From: Candidatus Margulisiibacteriota bacterium
GTDB lineage: Bacteria; Margulisbacteria; WOR-1; O2-12-FULL-45-9
Assembly: GCA_043816785.1 (NCBI GenBank)
Contig: JBDRHP010000037.1
Coordinates: 1-18,254 of the forward strand
DNA length: 18,254 nucleotides
Reading direction: 5' to 3'
Below are positions 15,342 to 18,254 of this stretch, in pieces. The number at the start of each line of letters is the position of its first letter. Position 1 is the stretch's first letter. The position numbers and the translations under genes were made by a program. The notes beneath the pieces are model-generated. The model did no database searches. It was given only the letters and a program-made list of their open reading frames with translations, and was not told the origin of the DNA.

Positions 15342-16467
15342 ACAAGCAACTTTTGCGCTTTTTACTTTAAGCTTTGTGATTGCGCTAGCCCTCCCCTCGC
15401 GCGCAGCGCTCACTAGTGACAACTACATGATCCCTGACCTCGTAGTCCCCGCTGGCGGCGCAACGGAAATGACTTCAGATAACTACATACTGCAAGATTC
15501 AAAAGGCTTCTATGGCGGGGAGTTTTCTAATGGTCACGTTATCCAGCTTGGGCCAATTTATGTATTGGGGACTGGGGAGGTGGGGGAAGGGCCTCCAGTT
15601 ATTGAAGTTCCGCCAGGAACTGTGCTTTTGAATATTGAGCGGGACAGGGATGACATTAAGATCAGCTGGGATCCACAGCAATATCCAAATCCTCAAATCT
15701 TTATCCTTGATGGCATTGGAACAGGACAATTCACAAACAACTTTGTTGGTCAAAGGCAAGATTCAAACTGGGTCCCACGAGTTGATCAACGCATTGAGAA
15801 TGAATTCGATTTGAGAAATTTGGCTGACGGGATTTTGATTCATTCCAATAAAGTTGGCAGATTGCCAAATGAAATTTATTACAAAGGTCTAGAAAATAAT
15901 ATTACTCCAGATAGGATCGCTGAAGTACTTCCAACAGCGTTGGCGGTGGGGAAGGTAAATATAGAAATCGACCATCACTATAATTTAATTTCAACTCCTC
16001 TCCAACCAATTAATTCAAGTCTCGACAGTTTCATTGGGTCTCAACTTGCTGAAGGAGATCAAATCCAAAGTTACGACGGAAATACTTATATCCCAGCGAC
16101 TTTTACTAATGGAACTTGGGGAAATCCCTTTAGGATTAACCTAGCAGAGGGTTATTGGATTTATAGAAATGGAGAAAGAACAATAATAACCTTGGCTGGT
16201 CGTGTTCTCAATGAGAATTCAACTCACCAAATAGCAACCCATTATAATTTGATTGGTAACCCCTTTCCAGTATTAAGAACAAACTTGGGTGTTGCAGGAT
16301 TTTCTCCAGTTGAGGGAGATCAGGTTTATTCATTCAAAGAAGGAGATTATCGAACATCTAACTTTGTTGATGATGCTTGGGATCAGACAATTTCATTATC
16401 ATCAGGAAACGGCTATTGGTATTTTAGAAATAGCAACGGAATTGATTGGGTCTTATCAAGTCCCTAG
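15316..16467 (+). CDS. Secreted hypothetical protein with tandem C-terminal repeats
   Basis: Signal peptide ending LPSRA; TSDNY twice; two repeats HYNLI..P...EGDQ..S...W...GYW..RN. Overlaps the upstream gene by 26 nt. Confidence 0.75.
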   Translation: MFSLKQEIKQATFALFTLSFVIALALPSRAALTSDNYMIPDLVVPAGGATEMTSDNYILQDSKGFYGGEFSNGHVIQLGPIYVLGTGEVGEGPPVIEVPPGTVLLNIERDRDDIKISWDPQQYPNPQIFILDGIGTGQFTNNFVGQRQDSNWVPRVDQRIENEFDLRNLADGILIHSNKVGRLPNEIYYKGLENNITPDRIAEVLPTALAVGKVNIEIDHHYNLISTPLQPINSSLDSFIGSQLAEGDQIQSYDGNTYIPATFTNGTWGNPFRINLAEGYWIYRNGERTIITLAGRVLNENSTHQIATHYNLIGNPFPVLRTNLGVAGFSPVEGDQVYSFKEGDYRTSNFVDDAWDQTISLSSGNGYWYFRNSNGIDWVLSSP

Positions 16468-16487
16468 TTTTTAGGAGGTAAATAAAA

Positions 16488-17927
16488 ATGTATAAATTAA
16501 AGAAAAAAAGGATGCCGATCTTAGGCTTACTATTTCTGTTGTTTGCAACCACCTCAGTCTTAGCTGAAGGAAATCTCAGAATCCACAAAACCAATCGTGA
16601 TTACCAAATATTAGATCGAAACAATAATCCCATGACACCAAGTGACACAAACATCGAATTCTATATGTCAAACCCAGCTGGCCCAACTTCAAACGCAGGA
16701 AAATTAACTCCCTCCAAAACCAATTTACAAGATTATTATCAATATTATTTTAGTAACCGAGGAAACTTGTGGATACGCACTTGGAATGGAACCCCACTTA
16801 CCGAAGGAAGTTATTATGGAAAAAGCAAAGTTGGGTTCAATATACTTGAAAACAACCGCCAAGAAGATATAGGCCTCCCTGCTCCACCAGCACCAGCTTC
16901 GCAATACTGGTTAAAAGCTTTTAAAACTGATTATTTAGCAGCAAAACCTCGCACTCCTTCTATCGGCACAATCGGTGAAGCCTTAAGGCGTGTTGGCGAT
17001 AATTTAGAACTAACCCTCACCGTGCCAGTAAGTTATAGTGAAGGAAACCCTAAAATAGAATTGGGTGGATCTTCAACAGGTAATAATTTCAGAGTTCAAA
17101 TAAGCAAGGTGAGCGGGCAATTTCCTGCTGACGACGTTCCGCAAAATGGCACAACAGTTATTGATACCAATGGAACTTTTTCTCTTAGTGGGGATTACTT
17201 TACCATTAACACAACCTATTACCTTCGAGCTCGCGCATATAACTGGTTTGGAGCTGGACCCTGGTCAGCCCAAATTCCGTATACCACCCTTGGTCAAGCA
17301 GCTGGCCCCGGCTTTGCCCCGGTTTACAACCTGGGCATCCAACTAACAGAAACCCCAAACACCGTAACCCTTACCTGGTCAGGAATTGAAAACGGGACCG
17401 ATCTTTACCAGTCTGACAGACCAAACCAGGAGTATGCTTCACTGCAAACAAATTTACAGGGAGCGACATTAGCTGATCTTACGCCCGAAGGCACAAAATT
17501 TCTCCGCGCAATACCAGCCGGCAGAACCCCGGTTGGCGCGGACAACGGCAATACTCCGTCAGAAACTGTCGGCATCTACCGCGGCACCTTTAATAAAGCT
17601 GCTGTGGGCTACGGCATCAATGCCTTTGTTTTGCCCTTTTCTCAAGTTTGGGGCAAAAACAATAAAGCAATCATTACCGCTAAAGACTTGATTGATGAGA
17701 TCCGCAGCCAAAACGACAACACCACCGCCATCACCTATCTGGGTTATTGGGATGCAACAGAACAAAAACCAAAAGGGGTTATCTTGGAATACGATAATGG
17801 CAGCATCAAGAACACTAGCGGTGAATACGGCACAGAAAACCTGGCCCAAATCAATCTGGCTAGAGGCCAGGGCTACCAGATCAGCGTAAATGACACAATT
17901 AATTTTACCCTGGTAGGGAAAATGTAA
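16488..17927 (+). CDS. Secreted hypothetical protein with fibronectin type III-like domain(s)
   Basis: RBS AGGAGG at 16473-16478; signal peptide ending SVLA; FN3 hallmark NTTYYLRARAYNWFGAGPWS, followed by VTLTW. Confidence 0.8.
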   Translation: MYKLKKKRMPILGLLFLLFATTSVLAEGNLRIHKTNRDYQILDRNNNPMTPSDTNIEFYMSNPAGPTSNAGKLTPSKTNLQDYYQYYFSNRGNLWIRTWNGTPLTEGSYYGKSKVGFNILENNRQEDIGLPAPPAPASQYWLKAFKTDYLAAKPRTPSIGTIGEALRRVGDNLELTLTVPVSYSEGNPKIELGGSSTGNNFRVQISKVSGQFPADDVPQNGTTVIDTNGTFSLSGDYFTINTTYYLRARAYNWFGAGPWSAQIPYTTLGQAAGPGFAPVYNLGIQLTETPNTVTLTWSGIENGTDLYQSDRPNQEYASLQTNLQGATLADLTPEGTKFLRAIPAGRTPVGADNGNTPSETVGIYRGTFNKAAVGYGINAFVLPFSQVWGKNNKAIITAKDLIDEIRSQNDNTTAITYLGYWDATEQKPKGVILEYDNGSIKNTSGEYGTENLAQINLARGQGYQISVNDTINFTLVGKM

Positions 17928-17935
17928 TAAACTCT

Positions 17936-18254
17936 ATGGGTCATGCTAAATTAAAAACTATTGGCTTGCTCATCTGTCTTAGCCTGCTGGGCTTAGGGCT
18001 GACTGCAGCAGCAGTAACGCCATTTTACGCCCAGTACTGGGTCCTAGGCACAATTAATGATGCCAGCGACGGGACCCCGGCTAACGGCAGACAAGCCATT
18101 ATCCATAACGCCGCAAAACAGGGCCTGGCCTGCGGCTATGTCTCTGGCAACAGCATTATGATCAATGTCCTGGCAAACCAGTTTATTGCTCCGGGAACTT
18201 ACTATTTATCTGTGCCCAGGCAGTTTACAGATGATTACGGCGCCGGGCCGCAGG
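17936..18254 (+). CDS. Secreted hypothetical protein, truncated by the window edge
   Basis: Manual translation MGHAKLKTIGLLICLSLLGLGLTAAAVTPFYAQYWVLGTINDASDGTPANGRQ..., open to the window end; begins 9 nt after the previous stop. Confidence 0.7.
   Translation, partial: MGHAKLKTIGLLICLSLLGLGLTAAAVTPFYAQYWVLGTINDASDGTPANGRQAIIHNAAKQGLACGYVSGNSIMINVLANQFIAPGTYYLSVPRQFTDDYGAGPQ

Noticed and set aside
15950..16467. Diversity-generating retroelement TR/VR pair
   Set aside because: The repeats are in-frame protein repeats, differences are not confined to adenines, and no reverse transcriptase is in the window.

Overview
Bacterial chromosomal window in two parts. Left (1-6892) is housekeeping: a minus-strand tig-clpP-lon operon (lon runs off the window, no clpX, trigger factor lacks its PPIase domain), divergent from GTP-dependent PEP carboxykinase (pckG) and an HI0933-family flavoprotein. 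Right (7155-18254) is a plus-strand run of exported or surface proteins behind a perfect sigma70 promoter: a BNR/YCF48 + IPT/TIG protein with a T9SS-like C-terminal tail, a PorV/PorQ-like beta-barrel fused to three SLH domains, a glycine-rich fibre-like protein, and three further signal-peptide proteins. An AlbA_2/HATPase/HTH cassette gene interrupts this run. Several small non-coding elements are visible: a 224-bp MITE-like insertion with terminal inverted repeats, a target duplication, outward-facing sigma54-like boxes and two internal REP-like hairpins; an in-frame palindrome in the SLH gene; a 131-bp gap-free octamer-periodic hairpin; and a duplicated signal-peptide-coding segment flanking the cassette gene. 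The gene content suggests a diderm Terrabacteria lineage such as Saganbacteria/Margulisbacteria (inference, not verified). Family assignments are by motif recognition only; no searches were run.
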